A stretch of DNA of 64,000 nt from Succiniclasticum sp. (GTDB lineage: Bacteria > Bacillota > Negativicutes > Acidaminococcales > Acidaminococcaceae), in the NCBI GenBank assembly GCA_047835465.1, contig CP181265.1, positions 297,257-361,256 of the forward strand. Reading direction: 5' to 3'. The notes below the pieces were generated by a model that did not search any database, had not been told where the DNA came from, and worked only from the letters and a program-made list of their open reading frames with translations. This document shows positions 9,867 to 19,688 of the stretch, piece after piece. Position numbers and translations under genes: made by a program. Positions within the stretch are counted from its first letter, which is position 1. The number at the start of each line of letters is the position of its first letter.

Positions 9867-10445
9867 GTGACAAACTCAAGCGTATTGCGAGACAAAAGCA
9901 TAGTGGGATCGCCACTGGTGCACCTTGTCTTCATGGCTGTGCTGCTCTTCGCGTTCTGGATGCTGTTGTCCGGCAACACGGAGGTCAAGTTTGTGACGTA
10001 TGGGATCTTGACCTCCCTGATTGCGACGTGGGTCTGCTATCCGCTGCTGCTGGTCAAAAACGCGGACGGGTCGCGGAAGTACTTCATCTTCGGCATCAAT
10101 CCGTTCAAGCTGATCGCCTATTTTTTCTGGCTCATGTGGCAGTTGATCCTGGCGAACGTGGATGTCCTGAAGGCAACGGTGACACCGGAGCTGAAAATCA
10201 ACCCCTGCGTGGTCCGGTTCCGCTATACGGCAGACAACCCTATGGCCAAGGTCATCCTGGCCAATTCGATTACCCTGACGCCGGGCACGGTGACCATGAA
10301 CGTGACGGACGACGGCATGTTTGAAGTCCATGCCTTGACCGATGGCGCCGCCGCAGGGCTGGAAGACCCGTCGGGCATGCCGGGGAAGATCGCCTGGCTC
10401 CTGGGTCAGGACTTCACCTTTGAAAAGATGGGGAGGGATTATTGA
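9867..10445 (+). CDS. mrpE: Mrp/Mnh antiporter subunit E
   Basis: ANSITLTPGT motif; GTG start after AAAGGTGG. Confidence 0.9.
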   Translation: MTNSSVLRDKSIVGSPLVHLVFMAVLLFAFWMLLSGNTEVKFVTYGILTSLIATWVCYPLLLVKNADGSRKYFIFGINPFKLIAYFFWLMWQLILANVDVLKATVTPELKINPCVVRFRYTADNPMAKVILANSITLTPGTVTMNVTDDGMFEVHALTDGAAAGLEDPSGMPGKIAWLLGQDFTFEKMGRDY

Positions 10446-10708
10446 TGCATATCTTCTTACTCGTCTTGACGGGTATCCTGCTGGCGACAATCTTCCTCAT
10501 GCTGCAGCGGTTGTTCCGCGGTCCGACTATTTTTGACCGCATGAATGGTCTGGGTGTCATTACGGCAGATACGATTCTGTTGATTGTTATCTACGGCTTC
10601 CTGGACGGCCAGCCCGGTATGTATGTGGACCTGGCTCTGGCGTACGCCATGATGGGCTGTCTCGGGTCGGTTATCCTGGCGAAGTATCTGGGAGGGAAGT
10701 ACTTATGA
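10445..10708 (+). CDS. mrpF: Mrp/Mnh antiporter subunit F
   Basis: GPTIFDR motif, three TM segments, translational coupling (TGATG). Confidence 0.9.
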   Translation: MHIFLLVLTGILLATIFLMLQRLFRGPTIFDRMNGLGVITADTILLIVIYGFLDGQPGMYVDLALAYAMMGCLGSVILAKYLGGKYL

Positions 10709-11070
10709 TCTACGGCGTCCCGTTGCGGGAAATCATCGCCTTTGTGCTGATGGGCCTGGGACTGGTCTTCCTGATCGGTTCAGCCATCGGCATGCTCCGG
10801 CTGCCTGACTTTTACAGCCGGGTCCATGCTTCAGGCAATACGGAAACCCTGGGGACGGCCCTGGTGTTTCTGGGCCTGGCAGTGTACAACGGATTCAACG
10901 ATGCATCGTTGAAAATCATCGTCATCTTCCTGTTTGTGTTCCTTGGCAACCCCATTGGATCGCACATCCTGTCCAAGACGGCATATAAGACGGGCCATCC
11001 GGTGTGGACGAAAAAGAACGCAAAAAAGGTGGAGCAGTTTGCGAAACGGGCAGAGGAGGAGGAGAACTGA
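10705..11070 (+). CDS. mrpG: Mrp/Mnh antiporter subunit G
   Basis: RLPDFYSRVHA and NPIGSH motifs. Confidence 0.92.
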   Translation: MIYGVPLREIIAFVLMGLGLVFLIGSAIGMLRLPDFYSRVHASGNTETLGTALVFLGLAVYNGFNDASLKIIVIFLFVFLGNPIGSHILSKTAYKTGHPVWTKKNAKKVEQFAKRAEEEEN

Positions 11071-11313
11071 ATGCAGATATATACGATTGAAGCGCTGCTG
11101 CTGGTTTTCCTGATCTTCATCACGGCCAGCATCATCTATTGCCGGGATATCCTGAGTGCAGTCTACATCTACAGTGCGTTCAGCTTTTGCGCCGTCCTGC
11201 TGTACCTGATGATGGGGTCTCCCGACGTAGCGTTTACCGAAGTGGTGGTAGGTACCGTATCTACCATCTTTTACGTGATTTCGTTGAAGAAAATTGATAG
11301 GTGGTGTAAGTAA
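11071..11313 (+). CDS. DUF4040-type (MnhB-related/MbhD-like) small subunit
   Basis: SPDVAFTE motif, small hydrophobic protein in the operon. Confidence 0.85.
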   Translation: MQIYTIEALLLVFLIFITASIIYCRDILSAVYIYSAFSFCAVLLYLMMGSPDVAFTEVVVGTVSTIFYVISLKKIDRWCK

Positions 11314-11618
11314 TGCGAGGCTTTGTAATTACTGTGTTGGCACTGCTGACGGGCCTGTTTTGCAGCAGTGTAACCTACCTGCCGACCATCGGACATCCAT
11401 ATTCCGTACCGAACCAGCATATTACACCGGTCTACATCGCCCAGAGTGAAATCGATACGGGGTCTCCCAACATCGTAACGGGCACCCTGGCCGACTACAG
11501 AGGCTTTGATACGATGTGGGAAACGACGGTCATGTTCCTGTCCGGCCTGACGGCGACACTCATCCTGAGTAAGTCCACAGTCGGACGTCGTCCGGAAAAG
11601 GAGGATGATTACGAATGA
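11313..11618 (+). CDS. MnhB-related (MbhE-like) subunit
   Basis: NIVTGTLADYRGFDT..ET motif. Confidence 0.85.
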   Translation: MRGFVITVLALLTGLFCSSVTYLPTIGHPYSVPNQHITPVYIAQSEIDTGSPNIVTGTLADYRGFDTMWETTVMFLSGLTATLILSKSTVGRRPEKEDDYE

Positions 11619-12070
11619 TGAAAGATCCTTTTGGGGGCATCATCCTGAACATCGCCTTCCGGATGCTGGTCCCCTTCAGCGTCGTCTACGCCGTATACGT
11701 TCTGCTGCTTGGCGAATCGAGCCCGGGCGGCGGCTTCCAGGCCGGCGTTGTCATGGGCTTCGGCATTGTCCTGGCCCGGTTGATTCTGGGAGAAGATTCA
11801 GTCCAGTTCAACATTCAGGCTAAGAACAGCCTGGCCCTGGCCGGATTCGGAACCTTTATCTATGCACTGGCCGGCTGGCTGACCTTGTTCGGCGGCGGCA
11901 AATTCCTGGACTACAGTTTCCTGCCCTTTACGGCGGAACACACGAACCAGCTGCACGCCCTGGGTATCCTCATGATTGAGACCGGCGTTACGATCTGCGT
12001 TATGATGACCATCCTGAACATCATGGATGCATTGATAAGGAGGAGTGAAGACGATGGAAGCGTTCAATGA
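11615..12070 (+). CDS. mrpB: MnhB domain subunit
   Basis: SPGGGFQAG motif. Confidence 0.9.
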   Translation: MMKDPFGGIILNIAFRMLVPFSVVYAVYVLLLGESSPGGGFQAGVVMGFGIVLARLILGEDSVQFNIQAKNSLALAGFGTFIYALAGWLTLFGGGKFLDYSFLPFTAEHTNQLHALGILMIETGVTICVMMTILNIMDALIRRSEDDGSVQ

Positions 12071-12428
12071 GTTCCTGGCCCGCCGCGGCATCTACACCCT
12101 CGTCATGATCCTGTTCTTCCTGGGTGTCTACGGTATGGTCCTGAGTAAGAATTATTACAAGAAGCTGATGGCCATGAACGTCATGCAGGTCGCCGTCATT
12201 TTCTTCTATCTTTGCTTTGCACAGAAAGAAGGCGGCATGATTCCTATCCTCGTCCCGGGGAATGTGGATCCTGCCTCCTATATCAACCCCTTGCCCCACG
12301 CGTTGATGCTGACCGCTATCGTCGTCAGCATGGGCACCAGCGGGGTGGCTATCGCCCTGTTGATGCGGATTAAGGAAAGTTACGGGTCCGTGGAAGAGCC
12401 GGAGGTATTGAGGAGGGCCAGTAAATGA
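12054..12428 (+). CDS. mrpC: Mrp/Mnh antiporter subunit C
   Basis: NPLPHALMLTAIVV motif. Confidence 0.92.
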   Translation: MEAFNEFLARRGIYTLVMILFFLGVYGMVLSKNYYKKLMAMNVMQVAVIFFYLCFAQKEGGMIPILVPGNVDPASYINPLPHALMLTAIVVSMGTSGVAIALLMRIKESYGSVEEPEVLRRASK

Positions 12429-13924
12429 GCATTAGTTCACACGCACCAGTGTTCATCGTGCTGCTGCCTCTCACGGCTTCCCTGCTGTGCCTGTGCTTCA
12501 GCCGGCTGAACCGCAAGCTGGGTGCCTGGATTGTTCAGGCGGCCATCGCCGGCTCATTTGCAGCAGCCCTTACAACACTGTTCGACGTTCTGCAGAACGG
12601 CGGCAGGATGCTCCATTACTGGATGGGGAACTGGGAACCGCCGATTGGCATTGAGTTTGCCGTGGACCCCCTGAATTCTTCGGTCCTCGTCATGATCACC
12701 TTCCTGTCGCTGGTCATCAGCTTCTACGGGAAACCGTTCCTGGTCAATGAAGACTGGCTGCATTACGGTGGGTACTACACGCTGTACGGCCTGCTCACCG
12801 TCGGCCTTTGCGGCATGGTGGTCACGGGCGACGTATTCAACATGTACGTCTACCTGGAAATCATGTCTCTGTCCGGGTACGGTTTGATTGCACTGGGCGG
12901 GAAAAAATCCATGATCGCCGCGTTCCGCTACCTGCTGGTCGGGACCATCGCGGCGTCGCTGTATCTGCTCGGCGTCGGTTACGTCTACAGCATGACCGGT
13001 TCGCTGAATATGGCAGATATCAGCACGCGCATCCAGCCCTTCATCCATACGCCGCTGTTTGCCTTTGCCGTGGCATGCTTCCTGATTGCCTTCGGCATCA
13101 AGATGGCGTTGTTCCCGCTGCACGGCTGGCAGCCGGACGCTTATACGTACGCACATCCCGGCGCGGCCGGACTGATTTCCGGCTGCATGTCGAAGGTTCC
13201 TGCCTACGCGATGCTGCGGTTCTTCTTCTACATCTTCGGTGTCAACAGCCCGGTCATGGAGGCGCTGCTGAATGTCCTGGGCATCATGGGCATCGGCGGT
13301 ATCCTGATTGGCTCGGTCATGGCGCTGGCACAGTATGACTTCCGCCGTATGCTGGCCTATTCTTCTGTGGCACAGCTCGGCTACATCGCCGTCGGCATGG
13401 CCATCGGCAACATGTATGGCTTCATCGGCGCGGTCCTGCACCTGATTAACCATGCCTTTATGAAGAGCTGCCTCTTCCTTGTGGTCGGGGGTATTTCCTA
13501 CCGCTTCGGGGAGGTCAACCTCTACCGGCTGGGAGGATTGAACAAGAAGATGACCGTGTCCTCCGTGGCCTTGTGCTTTGCAGTCCTGTCCATGGTCGGC
13601 ATTCCGCCGACGGCAGGCTTCTTCTCCAAGTGGTACCTGATGCTGGGTGCCTACGAGGGACAACAGTACATCTACATCGCTGTGCTCGTCATCAGCTCCC
13701 TGCTGAATGCCATCTACTACTTCCGCATCATTGAGCAGATGTTCGTACAGCGGGAAGCCTCCCTGACAGAACTCCACAAGCCGGCGACGAAGTTCGGCCT
13801 GCCCATGAGCATGGTCCTGCCGATCGGCATCACGGGCCTGGGAATTCTGGTCCTTGGCATCTACAGTTACGACATAGTGGTAGGGGTGCTTAAACTAGGG
13901 TTACCGGAGGTGTTTCTGAGATGA
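12425..13924 (+). CDS. mrpD: MrpD-like proton-conducting subunit (copy 1)
   Basis: GDVFNMYVYLE, KMALFPLHGWQPDAY, RRMLAYSS, GIPPT.GF.SK. Confidence 0.9.
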   Translation: MSISSHAPVFIVLLPLTASLLCLCFSRLNRKLGAWIVQAAIAGSFAAALTTLFDVLQNGGRMLHYWMGNWEPPIGIEFAVDPLNSSVLVMITFLSLVISFYGKPFLVNEDWLHYGGYYTLYGLLTVGLCGMVVTGDVFNMYVYLEIMSLSGYGLIALGGKKSMIAAFRYLLVGTIAASLYLLGVGYVYSMTGSLNMADISTRIQPFIHTPLFAFAVACFLIAFGIKMALFPLHGWQPDAYTYAHPGAAGLISGCMSKVPAYAMLRFFFYIFGVNSPVMEALLNVLGIMGIGGILIGSVMALAQYDFRRMLAYSSVAQLGYIAVGMAIGNMYGFIGAVLHLINHAFMKSCLFLVVGGISYRFGEVNLYRLGGLNKKMTVSSVALCFAVLSMVGIPPTAGFFSKWYLMLGAYEGQQYIYIAVLVISSLLNAIYYFRIIEQMFVQREASLTELHKPATKFGLPMSMVLPIGITGLGILVLGIYSYDIVVGVLKLGLPEVFLR

Positions 13925-15426
13925 TAGTAACAGATCCGAGACCTTTCATTGCAGTGGGCGTCGCCTTCCTGGCGGCATTGCTCGTATCCTGCAGCCGCAA
14001 GCACCCGAATGTCCGTGAAACGTGGAGTACTGCTGCTTCGTTCATCATGTTCGGTACGATCATCAGCATGGTGGGCGGCGTTCTCCGCGGGGACGTGTAC
14101 GAATGGACATTGTTCCAGCTGACCGACACGGTCGGCCTGACACTCCGCACCGATACGGCAGGGATGATCTTCGCCTGCCTGTCGTCACTGCTCTGGGTGC
14201 CTATCAACATCTATTCCATCGGGTACATGCGGAACAACCACGAATCGGAACAGACCGGGTATTTCGCTTCCTTTGCCGTGTGCCTGGGAGCGACGGTCGG
14301 CGTTTCGCTGGCGAGCAACCTGCTGACCTTCTTCGTATTCTACGAAATCCTGACAATTTTCTCCTACCCGCTCGTTCTGCACGAACGGAATGAAGAAGCG
14401 CTGGATGCGAGCCGCAAGTATCTGGCCTACACCCTGGTTTCCGGCCAGCTGTTCCTGGCGGGTACCGTCGGTGTGTACTGCATCAGCGGTACGATGGATT
14501 TCAAGGCTGGCGGTTTTCTGGACGCCAGCATGGCACCGATCTGGGTGCTGCAGTCTTTGTTCATCCTGATGATTCTGGCAGGCAGCGTCAAGGCGGCTGT
14601 CATGCCGTTGCACGGCTGGCTGCCGGCCGCCATGGTCGCACCGACTCCGGTCAGCGCCCTGCTGCACGCCGTCGCCGTCGTCAAGACCGGCGCCTTCGCG
14701 GTGCTCCGTGTCATCTGCTTTGTGTTCGGTCCCAAGCTGCTGAGCGAGCTGGGAACGACGGACCTGCTGGCGTGGGCTGCGGCCATTACGATTCTGGCCA
14801 GCTCCTTCATCGCCCTCAAGCAGGATAACCTGAAACGACGCCTGGCTTTCTCGACCATCGGTCAGTTGAGCTATATCGTCCTGGGTGCGTCGCTCCTGAC
14901 GCCGCTGGCAATCAAGGGTGCCTATCTGCACCTGGTGGCCCACGCCGTCATGAAGATTACCCTCTTTATGTGCGCCGGCGTCATTATCGTCCGCACGCAT
15001 TTGCATGAAATCAGTGAAATGGACGGCATCGGAAGGCGCATGCCTGTGACGATGGGCTGTTTCGCCATCGCGTCCCTGGGCATTGCCGGTACGCCGTTCC
15101 TCGTCGGCTTCATCAGTAAGTGGAACCTGGCCCTGGGTGCCATCCAGGCAGGCAAGCCACTGTTTGTCCTGATCTGGGTCGCTTCGGCGCTGCTGGCTAT
15201 CGGGTACCTGATGCCGGTGGTGCGCATGGCGTTCTTCAAGCCGGAGCCGAAGGAAGATCCGCGGCACTACGGGCAAATCTCGTATTCCATGTTGATTCCG
15301 ATTTGCTTCACTGCCGTCCTGGCCCTGCTTCTGGGCTGCGATCCGGAAGTGTTCCCGCCGGACTTCTATAAGCTGGCGGAAGTGACGGCCAACGCCGTCT
15401 GCACTGGATGGGGAGGTGGCTGGTAA
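13921..15426 (+). CDS. MrpD-like proton-conducting subunit (copy 2)
   Basis: FFVFYE, KAAVMPLHGWLP.AM.APTPVSALLH, KRRLAFST. Confidence 0.9.
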   Translation: MIVTDPRPFIAVGVAFLAALLVSCSRKHPNVRETWSTAASFIMFGTIISMVGGVLRGDVYEWTLFQLTDTVGLTLRTDTAGMIFACLSSLLWVPINIYSIGYMRNNHESEQTGYFASFAVCLGATVGVSLASNLLTFFVFYEILTIFSYPLVLHERNEEALDASRKYLAYTLVSGQLFLAGTVGVYCISGTMDFKAGGFLDASMAPIWVLQSLFILMILAGSVKAAVMPLHGWLPAAMVAPTPVSALLHAVAVVKTGAFAVLRVICFVFGPKLLSELGTTDLLAWAAAITILASSFIALKQDNLKRRLAFSTIGQLSYIVLGASLLTPLAIKGAYLHLVAHAVMKITLFMCAGVIIVRTHLHEISEMDGIGRRMPVTMGCFAIASLGIAGTPFLVGFISKWNLALGAIQAGKPLFVLIWVASALLAIGYLMPVVRMAFFKPEPKEDPRHYGQISYSMLIPICFTAVLALLLGCDPEVFPPDFYKLAEVTANAVCTGWGGGW

Positions 15427-15692
15427 TGTTCGATCTCATCCAAGATGTGCATAAACGCCGGAAAGTCATTTTAGGAGCCCTGGTGGCTGCCCTGGTCTGC
15501 TTCGGAATTGCCTATGCAACCGGAGCGTATGCAGGCCCGGCCGAGGAATGGCTCGAAAAGCCGTTCATGATGCTCGTCTTCGGCTTTATCGGCTGCTGGG
15601 TCCTCATCATCCTGGCAAAACTCATTATGACTCCGCTCCTGCAGCGGGACGAAGACTACTACCGGAAAGGAGATGACGACCAAGATGTTTGA
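15426..15692 (+). CDS. Small two-TM hypothetical protein in the mrp operon
   Basis: Coupled start (TAATG); two hydrophobic segments ending LLQRDEDYY. Confidence 0.75.
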   Translation: MFDLIQDVHKRRKVILGALVAALVCFGIAYATGAYAGPAEEWLEKPFMMLVFGFIGCWVLIILAKLIMTPLLQRDEDYYRKGDDDQDV

Positions 15693-17421
15693 GAACTTCC
15701 ATCCCGGTTTTATCTTCTTTCTCGTCGGTCTCTTCGCCTGTGTCGGTTCGTACAAACTTCGGAAAATGATCCTGGCCTGCGGCCCCTTCCTGGCGCTCAT
15801 CGCCATCTTCAACCTGCCGCTGGGCCTGGAACAGAATTTCACGTTCCTGGAGGACTGGACCAGTCATTACATGTACGTGGACAAACTGAGCTGGGTTTTC
15901 GGCCTGGTGTTCTGTATCATGGGCTGCATCGGCGGCGTCTTCAGCTGCCACAATAAAAGCCCGTTGGAAGCTATCTGCAGCATGGGCTATGTAGGAGCAT
16001 CCATCTGCTGTACCTTCGCCCATGACTGGATCACGTTCCTGTTCTTCTGGGAACTGATGGCGGCTACGAGCCTGTTCCTCGTCTGGAACGACCCGCGTCC
16101 GTCGAGCCGCGGTGCCGGTACACGCTACATCCTGGTGCATACGCTGAGCGGCAACTGCATTCTCTTCGGCGTTGTCCTGAAACTGAGCCAGGGCCAGTAC
16201 CTGGTGCAGAACCTGGTGAACGGGCCTCATGACGCAGCCTTCTGGCTGATTTTAGCCGGCGTGGCAATCAACGTCGCCATGGTACCGCTCCACGCCTGGA
16301 TTGCAGATGCTTACCCGGCGGCTACCTTTACGGGCAGCGTCTTTATGAGTTCTTACACGACGAAAGTCGCCGTCTACGCCATGCTGCGTATCTTCGGCGG
16401 CACGGACCTGCTCATCGGGGCCGGCGTGCTCATGGCTTTGTACGGTGCCTTGTACGCCGTCATGGAAAACGACATGCTGCGCCTGTTGAGTTACCATATT
16501 GTCAGCCAGGTCGGTTACATGGTAGCCGGCGCCGGCATCGGGACCGTCATGAGCATGAACGGGGCCACGGCGCATGCGTTCTGTGATATCCTGTTCAAAT
16601 CGCTGCTCTTCATGTGCTGCAACGCTATCGCTTATGCGACGGGCGTCCGGCGGATCAATGAGCTGGGCGGTATGGCCAAACGGTATCCCACGGTGTTCAT
16701 CTGCTTTATCGTTGGGGCTTTCTCCATCTCGGGTATTCCGCTGTTCAACGGCTTCGTTTCGAAGACCATGACCATCGCGGCTGCCGGCCAGGCACACTAC
16801 GTTTGGACGGCAACGCTCCTTGAACTTGCTAGCGTCGGTACTTTGTTGTCCATCTGCTTCAAGATGATGTACTTCATCTTCCTCGCACCGGACAAGGGCA
16901 TGGCGCCGGAAGTCCGCGAAATTCCGACCAATATGAAGGCCGGGATGATTATGGGCGCTGTCTGCTGCACGGTCATTGGTGTGTTCCCGAGTTTGTTGTA
17001 CCAGTACCTGCCGTTCGGCCCGGTGGAATATGTTCCCTATACGGTGCCGCATGTTATGCAGATGCTGCAGATGGCCTTTATCGCCCTCATTCCTTTCTTG
17101 ATGTTCCTGCCGCGCATGGAGCCGCATACAGCCCTGTCCCTCGACACGGACTGGGTGTACCGCCGCCCCTTGAAGTGGTTGTTCTCCGGACTGAGCAATC
17201 TGTGCATCAGCCTGTGCCACAGCCTGGGACACGCCTGGGGAGTCGGGACGGTGCAGTTCATGGAACTTTGCTCCAACCCGATGAAATTGCTGGATGCCCG
17301 TCCGTTCCGGCATAAACGCCATTACAGCCCGGACAACTACCGCACCAGCATTGCAGATACTATCATGATCATCCTGACGGTGTTGTTCATCTGCATCTAC
17401 ACATTCCGTACAATTGGATAA
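15685..17421 (+). CDS. MrpD/NuoL-like proton-conducting subunit (copy 3)
   Basis: FLFFWELM, VPLHAWIADAYP, RLLSYHIVSQ, GIPLFNGF.SK. Confidence 0.88.
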   Translation: MFENFHPGFIFFLVGLFACVGSYKLRKMILACGPFLALIAIFNLPLGLEQNFTFLEDWTSHYMYVDKLSWVFGLVFCIMGCIGGVFSCHNKSPLEAICSMGYVGASICCTFAHDWITFLFFWELMAATSLFLVWNDPRPSSRGAGTRYILVHTLSGNCILFGVVLKLSQGQYLVQNLVNGPHDAAFWLILAGVAINVAMVPLHAWIADAYPAATFTGSVFMSSYTTKVAVYAMLRIFGGTDLLIGAGVLMALYGALYAVMENDMLRLLSYHIVSQVGYMVAGAGIGTVMSMNGATAHAFCDILFKSLLFMCCNAIAYATGVRRINELGGMAKRYPTVFICFIVGAFSISGIPLFNGFVSKTMTIAAAGQAHYVWTATLLELASVGTLLSICFKMMYFIFLAPDKGMAPEVREIPTNMKAGMIMGAVCCTVIGVFPSLLYQYLPFGPVEYVPYTVPHVMQMLQMAFIALIPFLMFLPRMEPHTALSLDTDWVYRRPLKWLFSGLSNLCISLCHSLGHAWGVGTVQFMELCSNPMKLLDARPFRHKRHYSPDNYRTSIADTIMIILTVLFICIYTFRTIG

Positions 17422-17441
17422 AATGAGTCGGGAAGTCGTCT

Positions 17442-17482
17442 ACAAGACCGGGCCCCTCGCGGGGTTCCGGCCTTGTTGTTTT
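17442..17482 (+). terminator. Intrinsic terminator ending the mrp operon
   Basis: ACAAG-CCGG-CCCC loop GGGG-CCGG-CTTGT then TGTTTT. Confidence 0.6.
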
Positions 17483-17573
17483 CCAGGGGCCGTGATACAA
17501 TGTGTAAGAAGTACAGATTTATCTGTCAATTTTGGGGCGGCTGCGTCTGCCGCGACAAAGGGGAGATCAGAGC

Positions 17574-18722
17574 ATGCGATGGAATCAGGGATGCCTCATA
17601 GCATTGACGCTGGCCATGTGTACCCAGCGGATGTCAATTGCTGTCGGGAATATCCTGTACGGGGTATCCATCCTTTTCTTTTTGGTGGATTTGTACCGGC
17701 GGCACAAGGCCGGCGAAAAGCTGGGGCTGCCGAAGCAGTACAAGCAATACTTTCTGGCGTACGGGTTGTTCGCCCTGCTGGTCCTTCCGTCTGTTTTTAC
17801 GAGCGTCCGTCCCGGGGCATCAGCAGTAAAATATTTGGATTATTTTGCAGCCCGCATCTGGGTCCTGCCGATTCTTCTTTTCCTGGACATCGACCGGGAA
17901 TCCATTAAAAAGGCCTTGCTGGCGTACGTGTTTTTTTTGGGGTTCGACGGACTATGGACATTTGGGGAGCGAATCTACACTCATGCAGCCCGTTCGAACG
18001 GGCTGGGGGACGGCTGGCTTCGGCAGGCCAGCATTGTTTCCACCGTCTTTCCGGCTTCTGTACTGTTGTGGCTGTCCACAGAGCGGCTTCCGCATAAGGC
18101 CTGGCTGGCGCTGAGTGCCCTCCTGATTGTGCTGGGAGCAGTCGGGAGCGGCACCCGTGCTTCCTGGGTGGGTATTTTGACGACGCTTCCCTTTATCTTG
18201 TATGGCGCCCGGCATATGGCATGGAAAAAAGTGGTGGCAATTCTTCTCGCTTGTGCCTGTCTGGCGGTGGCTTTTGTCCAGACTCCGGTTCTCCGGAACC
18301 GCTTTATCTCCATTGCGAACGTGACGACCAACCGTTCCAATGCGGACCGAGTGGAGGCCTGGAAGGGAGGCGTGCGGATGCTGCACGACCGCCCGGTTAC
18401 TGGATTCGGTCCCCTGCAGGGTGGCAAGGTATACCTGAAGCAATACCGTACTAAGGCGGACAAGCAGGGACTGGGACATTTCCACAACAACTATGTTCAG
18501 GCGGCCGTAGACAGCGGTATCCTGGGATTGGCAGGGCTGCTGTTCTTTACGGGGTATAACCTGTGGATTTTCCGCCGCTGGGATAACGTATATTCCCTCA
18601 TAGGCTTTTGCGCCTGGATCGGCTTCAGCGTCGTGGCCATGTTTGATTTTACCTGGGGCATGTCGGCGGCAGTGAAAGCCTTGTGGTTTATGACAGGTTG
18701 TTCCTTGAGGTTGCGAGAGTAG
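17574..18722 (+). CDS. O-antigen ligase family protein (WaaL-like)
   Basis: SGTRASW, periplasmic R..AW...GFG and HFHNNYVQ Wzy_C motifs; multi-TM. Confidence 0.85.
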   Translation: MRWNQGCLIALTLAMCTQRMSIAVGNILYGVSILFFLVDLYRRHKAGEKLGLPKQYKQYFLAYGLFALLVLPSVFTSVRPGASAVKYLDYFAARIWVLPILLFLDIDRESIKKALLAYVFFLGFDGLWTFGERIYTHAARSNGLGDGWLRQASIVSTVFPASVLLWLSTERLPHKAWLALSALLIVLGAVGSGTRASWVGILTTLPFILYGARHMAWKKVVAILLACACLAVAFVQTPVLRNRFISIANVTTNRSNADRVEAWKGGVRMLHDRPVTGFGPLQGGKVYLKQYRTKADKQGLGHFHNNYVQAAVDSGILGLAGLLFFTGYNLWIFRRWDNVYSLIGFCAWIGFSVVAMFDFTWGMSAAVKALWFMTGCSLRLRE

Positions 18723-18727
18723 TTATT

Positions 18728-19615
18728 ATGAATTCTTTGGCAGGCACGCTGCTGCTGGTGTTTTCCACAGCGGTCTGGGGTATTTCCGGCGTGTGCGGGC
18801 AGTATTTGTTTGAAACCTGGCATCCGGACCCGACCTGGCTGATTATGGTGCGCCAGCTGGTGGCGGGCCTGATTTTTCTCTGCCTGATTGCCGTGCGGCG
18901 CAAAGAACCATTCTTCGGAGTCTGGCGCTCCGGTACCGTCGTCGTCCGGGAAATGGTGCTGTTTACCCTCGGGCTGCTGGGCGCACAGTACGGATTTTAC
19001 ATGGGCATCAGCCTGTCCAATGCCCCGACGGCTACCGTCTTGATTTACACGGAACCTGTCTTCATTTTGCTGTATCAGCTCCTGTTCCAGCATATCCGTC
19101 CGGACGGGAAGGAACTCCTGGGAATCGCGCTGGCCATCGGCGGCGTCTTCCTGATTTGTACCCATGGCAATCCGGGCAATCTGGTCCTTTCCCTGCAGGC
19201 CCTGGCATGGACCCTGGTCTCCGCCGTGTCCATGGCAGTCTATTCCATCTGTCCGACTCATTTGATGAAACAGTTTTCCAGCGGCTACATCATCGGCTGG
19301 GGACAATTCCTGGCCGGCGCCATCCTGCTTCCGTTCTGCAATCTCTTCGAATCGGGCGCTTCCGCCTGGCCCCTGCCGGCTGTAGGAGCCATGGCCTACA
19401 TTATCGTCTTGGGAACCGTCATTCCCTTTGTGACCTATCTGATGGGCCTGAAAATCGTGGGACCCGTCCACGCGGCGCTGATCAGCTGCTGCGAACCCCT
19501 GTGTTCCATCTTGTTTTCCGTCTGCTTTCTGGGCACGGTGCTGCAGCTGCCGGATTATGTGGGCATGGCCTGTGTCATTGCGACAGTGCTGTTGTTGGCA
19601 ATCCCGCGGAAGTGA
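18728..19615 (+). CDS. EamA/DMT family transporter
   Basis: Ten-TM DMT pattern (WGISG, ATVLIYTEP, CCEP). Confidence 0.9.
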   Translation: MNSLAGTLLLVFSTAVWGISGVCGQYLFETWHPDPTWLIMVRQLVAGLIFLCLIAVRRKEPFFGVWRSGTVVVREMVLFTLGLLGAQYGFYMGISLSNAPTATVLIYTEPVFILLYQLLFQHIRPDGKELLGIALAIGGVFLICTHGNPGNLVLSLQALAWTLVSAVSMAVYSICPTHLMKQFSSGYIIGWGQFLAGAILLPFCNLFESGASAWPLPAVGAMAYIIVLGTVIPFVTYLMGLKIVGPVHAALISCCEPLCSILFSVCFLGTVLQLPDYVGMACVIATVLLLAIPRK

Positions 19616-19688
19616 TGATATAATGAATCGAATTCATTCATACTATCCGACTAGCGTAGATGTAGTGTCCTGAGAGAGGAGGCACCCT

